Assembly (NCBI RefSeq): GCF_009914755.1 | Contig: NC_060938.1 | From: the human T2T-CHM13v2.0 reference genome, Homo sapiens | Reading direction: 5' to 3' (one strand) | DNA: 64,000 nt | Part shown: piece by piece, positions 28,424 to 41,550 of the stretch | Position numbering within the stretch: position 1 is the first letter of the stretch | Layout of the letters: each line of letters begins with the position of its first letter | The notes under the pieces: model-generated | What the model saw: only the letters and a program-made list of their open reading frames with translations | What the model was told of the DNA's origin: nothing | Databases searched by the model: none | Position numbers and translations under genes: made by a program

Positions 28424-28852
28424 TAGTCAGAGCAATGTTTGCTGGCCACTATAACAAGCAACCCAAAATCTCAGTGGCTTAAAATAAAGCTTACGTCTTT
28501 CTCATTCGAAGTCATTGTCCCTTCAGTGGCCCTACTTGGTTGGTCTCCTCCGAGTGGTAACTCAGAGATAGGAGCTGCTTCCATACTATAACTCTGCCAC
28601 CTGGAACATGTGGGTTCCTGGATTCCCACAGGAGGAAAGAAGAGAGTAGTGTCTTATGGTCAACTCTGGAAGTGGCCAGCGTTCCATCTACACAGCACTG
28701 GTCAGAACACGGTCATAGGTTCCCAACATCACCCATAAGGGAGTCTGGGAAATGTAGTCTTTTCAGGTTTCCAACAAGTGGGGGCCACGCGATGAGGAAA
28801 ACAAGGAGTTCAATTCTGGACAAATCAATCGGAATCGACCACTCTTGTCACA
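28424..28852 (-). mobile_element. Old MaLR LTR (MLT1-type)
   Basis: aacccaaaatctcagtggcttaa..ctgggaaatgtagtcttt. Confidence 0.7.
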
Positions 28853-29113
28853 CAGGAGCACACAATCTGTGTGAGCAGACAGGAAAGGCTCCATGAAAAT
28901 AAGGGACTCGAGCATGAAGAAGAAAGGCATCTACGCAGAGGGTACTGTATGAGCAGAAATTTGGAGGTGATTGGTGCAGGTGGAGCTGAAGGACAAAAAT
29001 TAGTCTCATCTGCCGGGAGCAGAGTTTCTGAGGAGCTGAAAAGAGTGATAGAAGACCAGATAAGTCAATTAGACAGATTGGAGAGGCTATTTCATGCCAA
29101 CCAAGGAGATTTT

Positions 29114-29781
29114 TGTGGCAGGCCAGGTGTCACTAACAGCTGAACAGGCAGGCCTCCATAACAACTGTCTCAGCACTGACTGAGTGTTGAGCTACATACT
29201 GAAAGCTGAGAGAGCCAGTGTCCTTATACAAAGGCTGGAATGTAACCAAAGCCCACCAGGAGTTTTGCCCAGGCCTCTCCCAGGTCTTGAAGCGCGACAA
29301 AATAATGAAGGAATTCTTAACAGGACCTGTTTAGGATTAAACAACTTGTTATTGGGGGGCTGAAGAAACTCCCCAGACCTCCAAAAAATGTTTTATTGGG
29401 GGTCTAAAGGAACTCCCCAAACCTCCATGATTTAGCAGGAGACAGGATAAATGTAATCACCCCCGGTACCTAGACCCGTCTAGATTAAGTCAATTTACTG
29501 AGGCTGCAGAGGAAGGGCTTCAAAACTCAGATCTTAGTTACAGATTAGAGTAAGTTAATCACTTATGTCTTTACACGAATGCACAAGTACACACAGACAT
29601 ATAGCTTAAAAGGTATATAAGCTCTGTAAACCTTGTAATTTTTGGTTAGTCTGGCAGTATTTTCCAGGCCTTCTCCCTGTACCCGGTTACAGAAATAAGC
29701 TCTCTTCTTTCCCAGTTTATCTGCATCTCATTATTGGGCCACGAGAATAAGCAGCCCGACTCTCAGTTTGGTCTGGGAACA
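29114..29781 (+). mobile_element. Solo LTR (LTR47-like)
   Basis: TG..CA ends: tgtggcaggccagg..gcaggcctccataacaactg to cagtttggtctgggaaca. Confidence 0.7.
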
Positions 29782-30167
29782 AACGGACTTATCCCTGTAG
29801 GTAATAGAATGCCTTTGTCCATAGCTCCTGGCTATGAGCAGTGAACGAGGCCAAGGTTCTGCATGACCCATTGAAGAGGAGAAACTACTGGCAACAGCAA
29901 GCCAGGAAGGCTGCTCTCCAGGTGCTAGGTACCTCCAGGCTAGAGGTCTTGGCCTCAATCCTTAACTATCTGTGTGAATTGGACAAGTCCATCAGTTCCT
30001 TGGTGTCTCAGTTGATTCATCTATAAAATGAGGAAAATAATGTGTAATGTGTAAGAAAGCTCTGTGGATCAATGTTTAAAATATGTGAGAGAAGCACCAA
30101 AAGCAACACCAAAGCGTGCAGTCATGGAAGTCATGACTTCAGCGTGAAGTCATGATTACTGAATCAG

Positions 30168-32270
30168 TGAGGAATAAGGGTGGAGGGTGGGGTCACGGAG
30201 ATGGAAACACCAGTGGAATAAGGGTGGAGGGTGGGGTTATGGAGATGGAAACAGCAGGGGAATAAGAGGTAGAGGGTGGGGTCATGGAGATGGAAACACC
30301 AGTGGAGTAAGAGGTAGAGGGTGGGGTCGGGGTCATGGAAATGGGAACACCAGTGGAATAAGGGTGGAGGGTGGGGTCGTGGAGATGGAAACACCAGTGG
30401 AGTAAGAGGTAGAGGGTCTGGTCATGGAGATGGAAACACCAGTGGAATAAGAGGTAGAGGGTGGGGTCATGGAGATGGAAACACCAGTGCAGTAAGAGGT
30501 AGAGGGTGGGGTCGTGGAGATGGAAACACCAGTGGAATAAGAGGTAGAGGGTGGGGTCGTGGAGATGGAAACACCAGTGGAGTAAGAGGTAGAGGGTGGG
30601 GTCATGGAGATGGAAACACCAGTGGAATAAGGGTGGAGGGTGGGGTCATGGAGATGGAAACACCAGTGGAGTAAGAGGTAGAGGGTGGGGTCATGGAGAT
30701 GGAAACACCAGTGGAATAAGAGGTAGAGGGTGGGGTCGTGGAGATGGAAACACCAGTGGAATAAGAGGTAGAGGGTGGGGTCGTGGAGATGGAAACACCA
30801 GTGCAGTAAGAGGTAGAGGGTGGGGTCATGGAGATGGAAACACCAGTGGAATAAGGGTGGAGGGTGGGGTCATGGAGATGGAAACACCAGTGGAGTAAGA
30901 GGTAGAGGGTGGGGTCATGGAGATGGAAACACCAGTGGAGTAAGAGGTAGAGGGTGGGGTCATGGAGATGGAAACACCAGTGGAATAAGAGGTAGAGGGT
31001 GGGGTCGTGGAGATGGAAACACCAGTGGAATAAGAGGTAGAGGGTGGGGTCGTGGAGATGGAAACACCAGTGCAGTAAGAGGTAGAGGGTGGGGTCATGG
31101 AGATGGAAACACCAGTGGAATAAGCGTGGAGGGTGGGGTCATGGAGATGGAAACACCAGTGGAGTAAGAGGTAGAGGGTGGGGTCATGGAGATGGAAACA
31201 CCAGTGGAATAAGAGGTAGAGGGTGGGGTCGTGGAGATGGAAACACCAGTGCAGTAAGAGGTAGAGGGTGGGGTCGTGGAGATGGAAACACCAGTGGAAT
31301 AAGAGGTAGAGGGTGGGGTCGTGGAGATGGAAACACCAGTGCAGTAAGAGGTAGAGGGTGGGGTCGTGGAGATGGAAACACCAGTGGAATAAGAGGTAGA
31401 GGGTGGGGTCGTGGAGATGGAAACACCAGTGCAGTAAGAGGTAGAGGGTGGGGTCGTGGAGATGGAAACACCAGTGGAATAAGGGTGGAGGGTGGGGTCG
31501 TGGAGATGGAAACACCAGTGGAATAAGGGTGGAGGGTGGGGTCGTGGAGATGGAAACACCAGTGGAATAAGGGTGGAGGGTGGGGTCGTGGAGATGGAAA
31601 CACCAGTGGAATAAGGGTGGAGGGTGGGGTCGTGGAGATGGAAACACCAGTGGAATAAGGGTGGAGGGTGGGGTCGTGGAGATGGAAACACCAGTGGAAT
31701 AAGGGTGGAGGGTGGGGTCGTGGAGATGGAAACACCAGTGGAATAAGGGTGGAGGGTGGGGTCGTGGAGATGGAAACACCAGTGGAATAAGGGTGGAGGG
31801 TGGGGTCGTGGAGATGGAAACACCAGTGGAATAAGGGTGGAGGGTGGGGTCGTGGAGATGGAAACACCAGTGGAATAAGGGTGGAGGGTGGGGTCGTGGA
31901 GATGGAAACACCAGTGGAATAAGGGTGGAGGGTGGGGTCGTGGAGATGGAAACACCAGTGGAATAAGGGTGGAGGGTGGGGTCGTGGAGATGGAAACACC
32001 AGTGGAATAAGGGTGGAGGGTGGGGTCGTGGAGATGGAAACACCAGTGGAATAAGGGTGGAGGGTGGGGTCGTGGAGATGGAAACACCAGTGGAATAAGG
32101 GTGGAGGGTGGGGTCGTGGAGATGGAAACACCAGTGGAATAAGGGTGGAGGGTGGGGTCGTGGAGATGGAAACACCAGTGGAATAAGGGTGGAGGGTGGG
32201 GTCGTGGAGATGGAAACACCAGTGGAATAAGGGTGGAGGGTGGGGTCATGGAGATGGAAACACCAGTGGG
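30168..32270. repeat. G-rich VNTR, 44/45-bp unit, about 47 copies
   Basis: ccagtggaataagggtggagggtggggtcgtggagatggaaaca and 45-bp variants. Confidence 0.97.
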
Positions 32271-34333
32271 GCACTAGGGATACATTCACATGATTTGGAA
32301 ATGTAAAGACATGGAAGACAGAGCACAGAAAGAAATGACAAGCAGCTCCAGTTTCTGAGTCCAGGTAACTGAAAGAACGATGGTATCGCCGAAAAAATAA
32401 AGTAGTTGTGTGGGGGCTCACTTGACGGGGAAGACAAGGAGTTCACTTTTGCACAAATCAATCTGAACTGAAAGCAAGGAACCAACCGTGCTCTAGGGAG
32501 TAAGAGATACCCAACCAAAGCTCAGGAAGTGATTGCCATTTAAGCTCAGCTTCTGATCAATTCACATAGTTAAATCCACACGTGAAGTAAGTGTTACAAT
32601 CACTTTCCGAATTTTTATTACTCTAATATATATTTAAATTAACTGCAAATAATGTTTTTAGTATCTGAATGTATTTATACCCTTCTTTTTTAAATACACA
32701 GGAGTTAAACATCTCAACGAATATCAGCATTGGAAGAAAAAACTGTTTGCAATGGAAAGGAAGAGCAATGTTCCAAATCTACTTGAGTTACAGAAAATCA
32801 AACTTCTCCTCAGGCCTTTCCTCCAGCAAAACATTCCTGTCGACAAAACAAGCTGGAAAGTGTGGGGCTGGGTTCCTGCTCCAATCCTTCCAGCTTTTTA
32901 GAACCCAAGAGACTCAGCTCACTTCCCAGCGCCACCGGCCTTCCTTGGATGTTTTCCACTCTAGTTGGGTTCAGGCCGGCAGTTTCTCCACGTTCTTTAG
33001 CTCTCTGTTTTATTTCCAACATACTCCAGGCTGGTTGAGAAAGGGGAGAGGGGAGCCTCATGCTGCCCACTGGGTCCCCTGGGCAGGGCACACATACCTC
33101 TATCAAAGGGTCACTGATTCCTGGGAATTCCAGCCAATGACAGAACTAGGTGGTCTTAATTGCATTTGAAAATAATACTAGAGAGAACAGAAAGAACAAA
33201 TAAGACAAGGTAAATGAAATGCAAAAAAAAAAAAAAGAAAAGAAAAGAAAGAAATTTCACAGGATTTTGCAAACTTTTGTTAAGCATTCGAATTCCAAAA
33301 CCCTCAACCAAACAAAGCTTTCACAGCTATTTGTGCCTCAGGCTTATTTCCTAATTCAAAGCTGTAATGGGATCAGGTTAGTAAGAGCCTGCAATGGAAA
33401 ACTGAAGCACAGTGCAAACTGATCTCTCACACTGTCGCTAATTTATCTTCTAAGACATTTGCAAAAACTCTCTTCACTGACTCCAAATATTGTCTGTATG
33501 GGTGCTTGGTATCAAACTGTGAAATGGCTCTGTGATTATGAAGTGCAACTATTAATCTCAGAAGAGTGAAAGCAACCTGGCCCATCTGCATGGAGCGCTA
33601 ACACAGTGCCCGGTACAATTCAGGCAGACCCCTTCTCTGTCTTACAAACAAGGTATGGAAAAGAACAGCTTGCCCTAGAAAAAGCAGACATTCAAATGGG
33701 AGGCTCACTCAGCCTTTCAGCTTCCTCTGCCTGCAGCATCTTGGAGAGGCACATGCCCAGAGGGAGTGTTGGGCTAGATCATGGTTTGCTGGGCTGAATG
33801 CTGGAGGATTTGAAGCAGGCCCAGCTGGGAGGGAGAATTAGGAGCAGTAGGACCCTTCATGCTGGTCTGAATCCAATCAGGCTTGACTGAGTCACAGCCA
33901 AAGAAATGACTCAAAGACCAGCACCAACTCCAAAGACAGAGGTTCTGCTGCAAGGACAGGTGAGCCCGTGGCTGAACCCCAGGCAGAAGCCGGAACACAG
34001 CCGGGTGAGTCTGAGACAGAGTGGAGGCTGTCCCGAGCTGCAGGTTAAAGCATCACTGGGGTTTGCCTGGCTTGTCTTCATTGTTCAGAGGGCACAAAGG
34101 TGCAGGATCAGGGCAGACATGTAGGGAACCTTTGTCTGCAGCAGAAAGTCTTTCCCCACCCGCCATCGCTCTACTTCCCCAAATTGTTCAAAGCTCATTT
34201 CATCTAAGACACTGCTCTTTCAATAAAAGGTTTACCACAGACTCACCAAACGGCTGATCCCTGTAGCGTGTTACATTCCACGAGAACCTAGGCACACAGA
34301 ATGTCATGACTTGAAAACATGAGGCATTTGGAC

Positions 34334-34720
34334 CAAGGGTTGGCAAACTTTTTCTATAAAGGATCAGATTGTAAATGTTTTAGGCTTCCTGAGCCAAGAG
34401 ACAAAAATCAAAGATATTATGTCAATACTAATAAAAGAAGAGATAAAATAAATTTCCACAACATTTTTCTTGACAAAATTCAAACTATAACATAATCATT
34501 TAGTTTTTGTTTGTTTTGATAATACAGGCCCACAAAAGAGATAAATGGAATCCTTTGAGGAGGAGATAACATTTTGCTTATTGGAAGTTCAAAGTTAGTT
34601 CCCTAGAACCAAATTAATCCCAAATGTTCATCCATAAAAACCATTCTCAGCCTGTGTTGCCACATATAAGCAGGAGGGGCTGGATCTGGCCTGGGGGCTA
34701 CAGTTTGCAATCTCTGGATT
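34334..34720 (+). mobile_element. hAT-Charlie MER58-type element
   Basis: agggttggcaaactttttctataaagg..tacagtttgcaatctctg. Confidence 0.8.
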
Positions 34721-34984
34721 TAGACTAATCTGCCTGTTATATATACAAGGCATCTGAACCTCAGAGACTTAAGGATTGCTGAAAATCACAGGTCTTGTGG
34801 GAACATGGCAAGCCCCTCACCCCACCTGGATGAAGATGTGTCCTGGCCTCAGGACAAGCCTGTTGGTATTAAAGTTTCAGGTTGTCTATTCTGGCTCACT
34901 TTATGTGACCACTTGCCCAGGCCATCGCACCCAGATAGGTGGTCAAACACTGTTCTAGTCACATATTGTTATATATTCCATTTC

Positions 34985-35340
34985 TGTGAGGGTGTGTTGG
35001 AATATGATTAATACTTCAGTCAGGGGACTTTGAGTAAAGCTGATTGCTTTCTGTAATGTGGGTGGGCCTCATCCAATCAGTTGAAGGCCTGAATAGAACA
35101 AAAAGTGACCTCCCGCAATCCTGAGGGAATGCTGCCAGCCGGCGGCCTTCAGAAGTGCAACGTGGGCCCTTTCCTGGGTCTGCAGCCTGCTGGTCTATCC
35201 TACAGATTCTGGTCCTGCAGTCTCCATAATCATGTGAACTAATTCCTTCAATGAAATCTCTGTCTGTCTCACCCTCCTACACAGACATGTACACACATGC
35301 GCACACACACACATGTTTCTCCGGTGAACCCTAAGCAATG
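34985..35340 (+). mobile_element. MLT2 (ERVL) LTR
   Basis: aatgtgggtgggcctcatccaatcagttgaaggcctgaatagaacaaaaag. Confidence 0.85.
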
Positions 35341-36292
35341 CATTGACTCAGATAATCATCTTATGGGAAATGCTATGAAAAAAAGAACCTAAACACACAT
35401 ACAAGCTTATGGTAATCGTGGGACACTTGTGTGAAGAAGCAAATGCAACTATTATAATTCATAGCATTGAAGGTAATTTATTTACATTCATTAATTGCCT
35501 ACAAGATAAGTATTGCAAATATAATAGCAAACAAGCCTGACCCAGCCCTGTCCTCTCATTGCTTATATTCTAATGGAAAAGTAAAACAGGACAAACAGAA
35601 AAAAAAAGTGCTGAATAGACAAATAATAAATAAAAACTGATGAACGTGCTATGTAAAAACAAAAATGGGACTGACGGAGAGGGGCAGGAAATGCCTCTCT
35701 GATGGTCAGGTCTAAACGGAGAGGGCTTCCCTGAAACTTCAGGAAGGGGAAAAATTGAAGCTGAGGAAACAGCACAAACAGCCCTGAAATGGAAAAGTGT
35801 TTCAATGCTTCACAGACCTGGAAGATCAGTGTGTGGGGGACGTGCAATATGAGACGAAGCCTTAGCAGATTGGGAATTTGGCTCCAGAGATGGTGGTGGT
35901 ATGGACAATACAGTGGTGAGACCCCAACTCCTGCCCTTTGTTTCCACTCACCAACGGCAGATTCCCCCTGAAGATGGGCTGGGAGATAAACTTCCCGTTC
36001 AAATGGACCCTAAGTGAAGAGGCTCTTGGGGAAAACCTTCCTCCCATTGCACACCCACTGCAGGCAGAGCCTTCCCATGCTCTGTCCAGGCCTCCTGCCT
36101 AGTTATCTACGGGGTGAATCAGTCCACAGAGAAACACTCACCAAAATGTCAGCTGGACTTCAACAGGAAGGGTCAAGCTCAAAGGAAATTATATGAGGTT
36201 TTTAGAAAACTACAACAAATTCAACTCTTTGTAGTCAGTACCTAACTCAGCGCCTAGCATATAAGGCTCAACAAATCATATGGAAAGTTATC

Positions 36293-36878
36293 TGGTGTAA
36301 ATACCCAGGGTTCATGGTCTTGTGCCAGGAAGATTTAGAACACAAACACACAGGAAGAGTTTAGGAGCAGATGTTTAATAGGCAAAAGAAAGAGAAAGGA
36401 GAATAGTCTCCCTCTAGTGAGAGAGAGAGAGAGAGTTTCCCAAAGGGAAGACCAGCCGGCAAGGAGTGTGCAGGATTTTTTAGGCAGGCTTGAGGAGGCG
36501 GTGTCTGATTTCCCTAGAGCTTACATAGGTTTACACGGCATGCGGAGAAGGCTGGCCACCCCATCCGAATCTTACTATGCAAATGGACTTTCCACTTGAC
36601 TGGTGCCATCTTGTCTGCTCCTTCCTGTACACGTGGTTGGCAAAGGAAAGGGGAGATGGAGCCTCCGTTTTGAACATGCCTAGTCCCCGTAGCTTTTTCC
36701 TGCTGCCCTTCACCCATGCAAGCTTGCCGCTGGCTTTTCTATGTCTGCAGCTCCATCTTACAGGCTGATCTTTGTTAGACAATGATTTTGGGGCTGCTTT
36801 TCATTAAAAAGCAAAACCTATGAGGATTCCCATACCCTCACTATCTGCCTAAGCAGTTTCTTCTTAACGCCTATATCA
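36293..36878 (-). mobile_element. ERV1 solo LTR (MER50-like)
   Basis: Close reverse-complement match to 14939-15563 (ORF 36577 parallels ORF 15042). Confidence 0.78.
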
Positions 36879-38754
36879 TTAAGAGAGATATTATGCAGCT
36901 TAGAGTTATTAGGGTTTGTGAAATAACAAATAAAGAGATAAAAGGTTTTTGTGTGTATTGGTGTGAAGATATGTATATATATATATGGACATATATATTC
37001 TGTTGTGCCTCCTGGAGTTTAACCCCTATTCACTTTAACTGGTTGGTCTAGGCTGTTCCAAAAATTATCTTAAACACACATTTGCAAGCCATATTGCAGA
37101 TGATGTGATCTTACCTGGGAAATGTTTCACTGGCAGAAAGAAGCCCTCTTTTTGTCTTTAAAGGCTCCTTTCTTTTCTCCTTTCATCTGTTTATAAGTTT
37201 GAATAGTGCTTATTGGAATAACTAGAGCAAATCTGGAAAAGCCTGGGCACATTGTTGTCAGCTACAGGATTTGCTTTGTGCAGTTTGGCTTTTACTACTT
37301 CCTTGAAGAGCTACCTTCCATCGAGACCACACTAGTAACACTGGCAGTCCATACACAAGTAACACATCACCAAATGGCCACAGATGGCCAAATGGCTGAC
37401 TTTAAAAGCTGGACAATTCACATGCAGAAATCATTGGCTTCTGTTATTTGGGGAATTAGTGTATCTGATGGGGGGCAGTACTGAACCAGTTTTATAATTT
37501 CTTCTGTAGAGGCCAAACCAAAAAAGCCTAGAATGAATGAATGTAACTGTGAATGAATAAACAAATGTGTTTCCAAAAATAAATGATTCTTATATTAGAT
37601 CATATTTTGAAAGATCTCAAAGTCCTTTTTATAAACTCCATTTGTCAAGAAAAATAACTCCTTTTATTAGGTTCCCTCTCAAGGATGTAGAACATACAGA
37701 CTTGGGCATGAAGAAACATTTAAGAATCTCAGTATTTAACATTTACTAGGAGCACGTGCCTTTCTGAAGCGTACTCTCACATGTCTCCTTCAAATCTCCA
37801 TGGATCCTTGCCTCAGGTGAGTGACATTTTAGGTGGAAATCAAGGAAGAGGTGGAATTTTATATCTGGGCAGACGTCATGTGGGCCAGGTTCAGCCTACA
37901 TAAAAAAGTGATGCGGACCATAAACTCGGCATCTACGGCAAGTGGCCTGCTTGCTAGGCCTCTCTTATCTAGATCACAGGAGCAGGAAATGCCAGTTGAT
38001 ATCTGGATTACATATAGAGAATTCATTTGGCAATCACCCTCACAACTTCCAACCAGCAGCCAGACCAGGAAATATATTACCACGTACTTCCTTCCTGGGG
38101 CAGAGATAAAACTGACCTGGAGGAGATAAGCCTTGAGGCCCTGTGACTCCCGCTCCCACTTAGTGATCATGCTCAGAACCACTTCTGTTGACTGATATGA
38201 AATCTCTTCATTACAATTTACTAGAAATAATCCCTCACACCAAAAAGGGGAGTCATTTCCCCAAAGCCAAATCACTTGGTATTTTCCAACCCAAGACTAG
38301 AAACCAGCTGTCCTGCCACCCAAACACCCAATGCACGCTCCACCATCCTTGCTGCTGGGCTTTAACAAAAGAATCTCAAAATCAGAGTGGGATTTGAAGA
38401 CTAGAAGAAGAAAGCAAAACAAGACTATCTGGCAAGGCTGGGTGAGGAGCTTTGCAGCCAACCAGGACTGAGGTCTTGACACAGAAGGCCTGGAGAGGCT
38501 GCCATTATTCCCCAGTGAATTAAGAAAGACTTGCAGCAGCTACCTCTTAAGATACAACAGAAGAGAAGCCACCTGAGGTAAGCGGGTCAGTGAGAAGGAA
38601 GCTTCAGACAAAGGAAGCTGTGAGTGAGGACAAAATGAAGAGGAACGAACCCAGCCACACAGTGACAAAGAAACCACAGGGTTTGGCAAGTGTCTGCTTG
38701 ACCTTCTCTAAAGCAAATTAAAAATGTAGAGCTGAATCTCTAAATTTAATATTT

Positions 38755-39120
38755 AGGAAGAAAGAATTGCAATTCACAATATAGAGGCAGACAGGGTGGT
38801 CCGAAGGTGGAAAAAGAGGACTGTTCCTTTGTGGTCCTGTGAGAAAGTTCTTTGATATTAGCAAAGTTTTGGGGGCTGGTAAGGTCTGATTGGTGGGTGA
38901 CTGTGGTGGGCAAAACTAGTCCTTGATTTGCAGTTGTTATCTCACCTGCTACAGATGAAAGTGGTCTCTGGTTACAACAGGCAGTTTCAGCCACGGGACT
39001 TGCAGACAACAGCATTTCTAGAGTGACGTTATGTACCCTGAGTGCCTTTTACTCAGACCCCTCTTCTCTGATTTAGTTGGGTATGACAAGAATGGACCAA
39101 TTTGGATAATCAACTTGCAC
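38755..39120 (-). mobile_element. ERV1 LTR fragment (MER90-like)
   Basis: gatttagttgggtatgacaagaatg..ataatcaacttgcaca terminus. Confidence 0.5.
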
Positions 39121-41550
39121 AATGCTGACTCAAGAACTGTAGCATTGAGTGTAAGGGTGCATCATTTTCATAAACACAGAGGAAAATGTGGCTGGTGGCT
39201 GATGGCAGAGCTGAGTCCCGAGAGCTCAGCCCTGAGCTGCCTTTCATCTGGTCACCATGTTCAGGGGTTCTTCTCCATGTAAATAAACATCTGTGATGAA
39301 AACCTCCACAGGTCTCATCATCAAAGTGGGTCTTCTAGAAACCAATTTGCTTTCAAAACAAGAGATCGAGTGATAATCTATCTAATGTTCTAGAAATGTT
39401 GGAGGCACCCTAGACAAATGTCAATCTTAAAGTTTTCCTTTTGCCTTATTTCTCTAAGTAACACCTTCTCAAATCATGAAAGCAAGAGTGATCTAAATTT
39501 TTTTAAAAAAATCCATATTAGAAGGAAGATCTATTAAGGATCTAGTGAGTAAATGACACTTTTGGAATGTTTAGAACTTCAAGGGGGAAACCACATGTTT
39601 TCACATCCCACTATATCATTTCCATAAGGATGAGGAAAAGCAGTACCCCTATTTGCAGAAGAGAGACTGCCGTGAAGTCAGTGGACACTATCTCCAGGTC
39701 AGAATCCAACCTAAAGGCCTTTAATCAATGGTAAGTGCTCTGAGGCACAAAATCCTATGCTCCTCATCAGTCATGCTTTATGTCCTCTGAATATTCTGAA
39801 TTCACCAGAACCTAGTAGACCTATTTTAAGTTTCTCCAAAAATGTCAAAACTCTGTTTTATAGAAAACCAGAACTTTCATGTCAAGTGTTCCTGAGAACA
39901 TTAATAACAAAAGCCAAAACAAGTTTCTTAAAGTCTGTCAGCCAGTTCTGTAAATATGACACAAGTAAATACTTCTGGACATCATTTAGATATTAACGTA
40001 ACATGCATAAGCTAGAAAAGGCAGCATTAAATTTGGATGTTTTTGACTTTTGTTTCTCAACTTTTTAAAGATTAAATCATGGGATTTTATTCTCTTCTAT
40101 TCCCTCTAGGGAAAGCAATGTGCTGATATTTTTCTGAAAGATGCTAACAGTGGAAGGAACTATTGAAAACAATTAGGGGAAAATCGCACCTTGAACTTAG
40201 TAGAACGTGTACACCATGTTCTCACAGGAAATCTCAGACATGATATTAAAAATTCCAGTTGTTTCATTTTTTTGCAGAACAGTCTGTAGTTATGTACTGA
40301 GTGCACTGTGCAGGGGGCACACAGGGCATACCAAAGGCTTCTTTTGTTTATGATACAGATTCCCACTGTACTCGGAAGGTTTTCTTTCAAATGCCTCATC
40401 ACAGTGTGTCCAAACTTCTTGTAGGGAGCAACAGGGCCTCTATTTAAGCCTCTTGTTAGCCGATCCACCAGCCAAGGTCATGTTGCTTTCCCTTAAGAAT
40501 CAGAGCCCCGGGGATCCTGTTCTATCTGTTCTTTCCGCCGCCTCCTGTCTTTCAGCAGGGCAGATGCCTCCCAGAAGTAAACCAGATGCCAGGACTGTGG
40601 GGGACTCTTGAGCAGCATCAGCCAAACTGTAGGAGCTGAGAAGAGGAAGCTTTGCTCAGGGTAAGCGCCCTGGGATAATGTCTTTAATGTCAAGAGGATG
40701 CACACTGGAAACGTGGAAAGCCCTCCAGGCTGAAAGAGGGAGTCACACAGGTGGGGAGTGTTGCCAAGCATTTCCGAGCACTCTCTTCGGTGGGCAGACA
40801 GCCGGCTTGCTCATGATTCCGCCTTTTCTGTTATTGTCAACAAGCCGCCACTGGAAATTTGTATCCTTAAGGCTTTGAGGTCTTGACTCAGGTGGGGGTC
40901 CCGGAATAAGCTCATTAAGTTTTTGCCTCATTACCTCCAGGCTCCAAATCACTGGTACAAATTTCTCAGTCTGACTTAATGCTTAGGGAAATGTCGTATT
41001 TTTGGACCCTTCATTTTAAAAAAGTATATATATTTACCAGTGCTATCTCCGCCAATTCCAAATAAACCTTAGACTTCAGGTCATGAGTCACTAGGAGTCT
41101 GAATATGTCTTTTATTTGGATTCAAATAAGATTTTAACTTCCTGGCACCATGGTTTTCTGAAGGTGCCAGTGTGAGACCTGGGTCATCAGAATGACTTGG
41201 TGCTGGGAAGCCACAGAATGGTGCAGTAAGATCTTGCTGTCTCGGTTTCTGCCTTAGAAACAATATCATACACCCTCTCTCATTTCACAGAATGCTAAAA
41301 TTTAGCATATGTTATAGTATTTATTGACAATAATAAGGCAGGATAGCAAAGTGGTTAAGGAATGACTACACTCAACAACCATAACCTCCTATCGTGCCAG
41401 GGACGGCAGGCAAATACCATGCACGGAAGTCAGTGTCAGCAGAGATCAGCGGGCATTCTCAGAACACTGTGGGAACTAAGGGTCTGAGCCATCAGGACTG
41501 TCCACAGATATTCCACTCCTTCTGCTCATATAATATGCTTGCATTCTCCA
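39121..41550. promoter_or_regulatory. Candidate enhancer, repeat-poor and rich in AP-1/ETS motifs
   Basis: TGCTGACTCA 39123, TGACTCA 40884, TGAGTCA 41084, GAGGAAG 40643, GGAAAGCCC 40715. Confidence 0.4.
40556..40660 (+). ncRNA. Candidate non-coding exon
   Basis: Long pyrimidine tract + cAG (NAGNAG) acceptor; AGG|GTAAGC donor; 105 nt. Confidence 0.3.

Noticed and set aside
30164-32421. Mucin-like and RGG-like ORFs up to 531 aa
   Set aside because: They arise from the 44/45-bp VNTR; several frames are open and shift with unit length.
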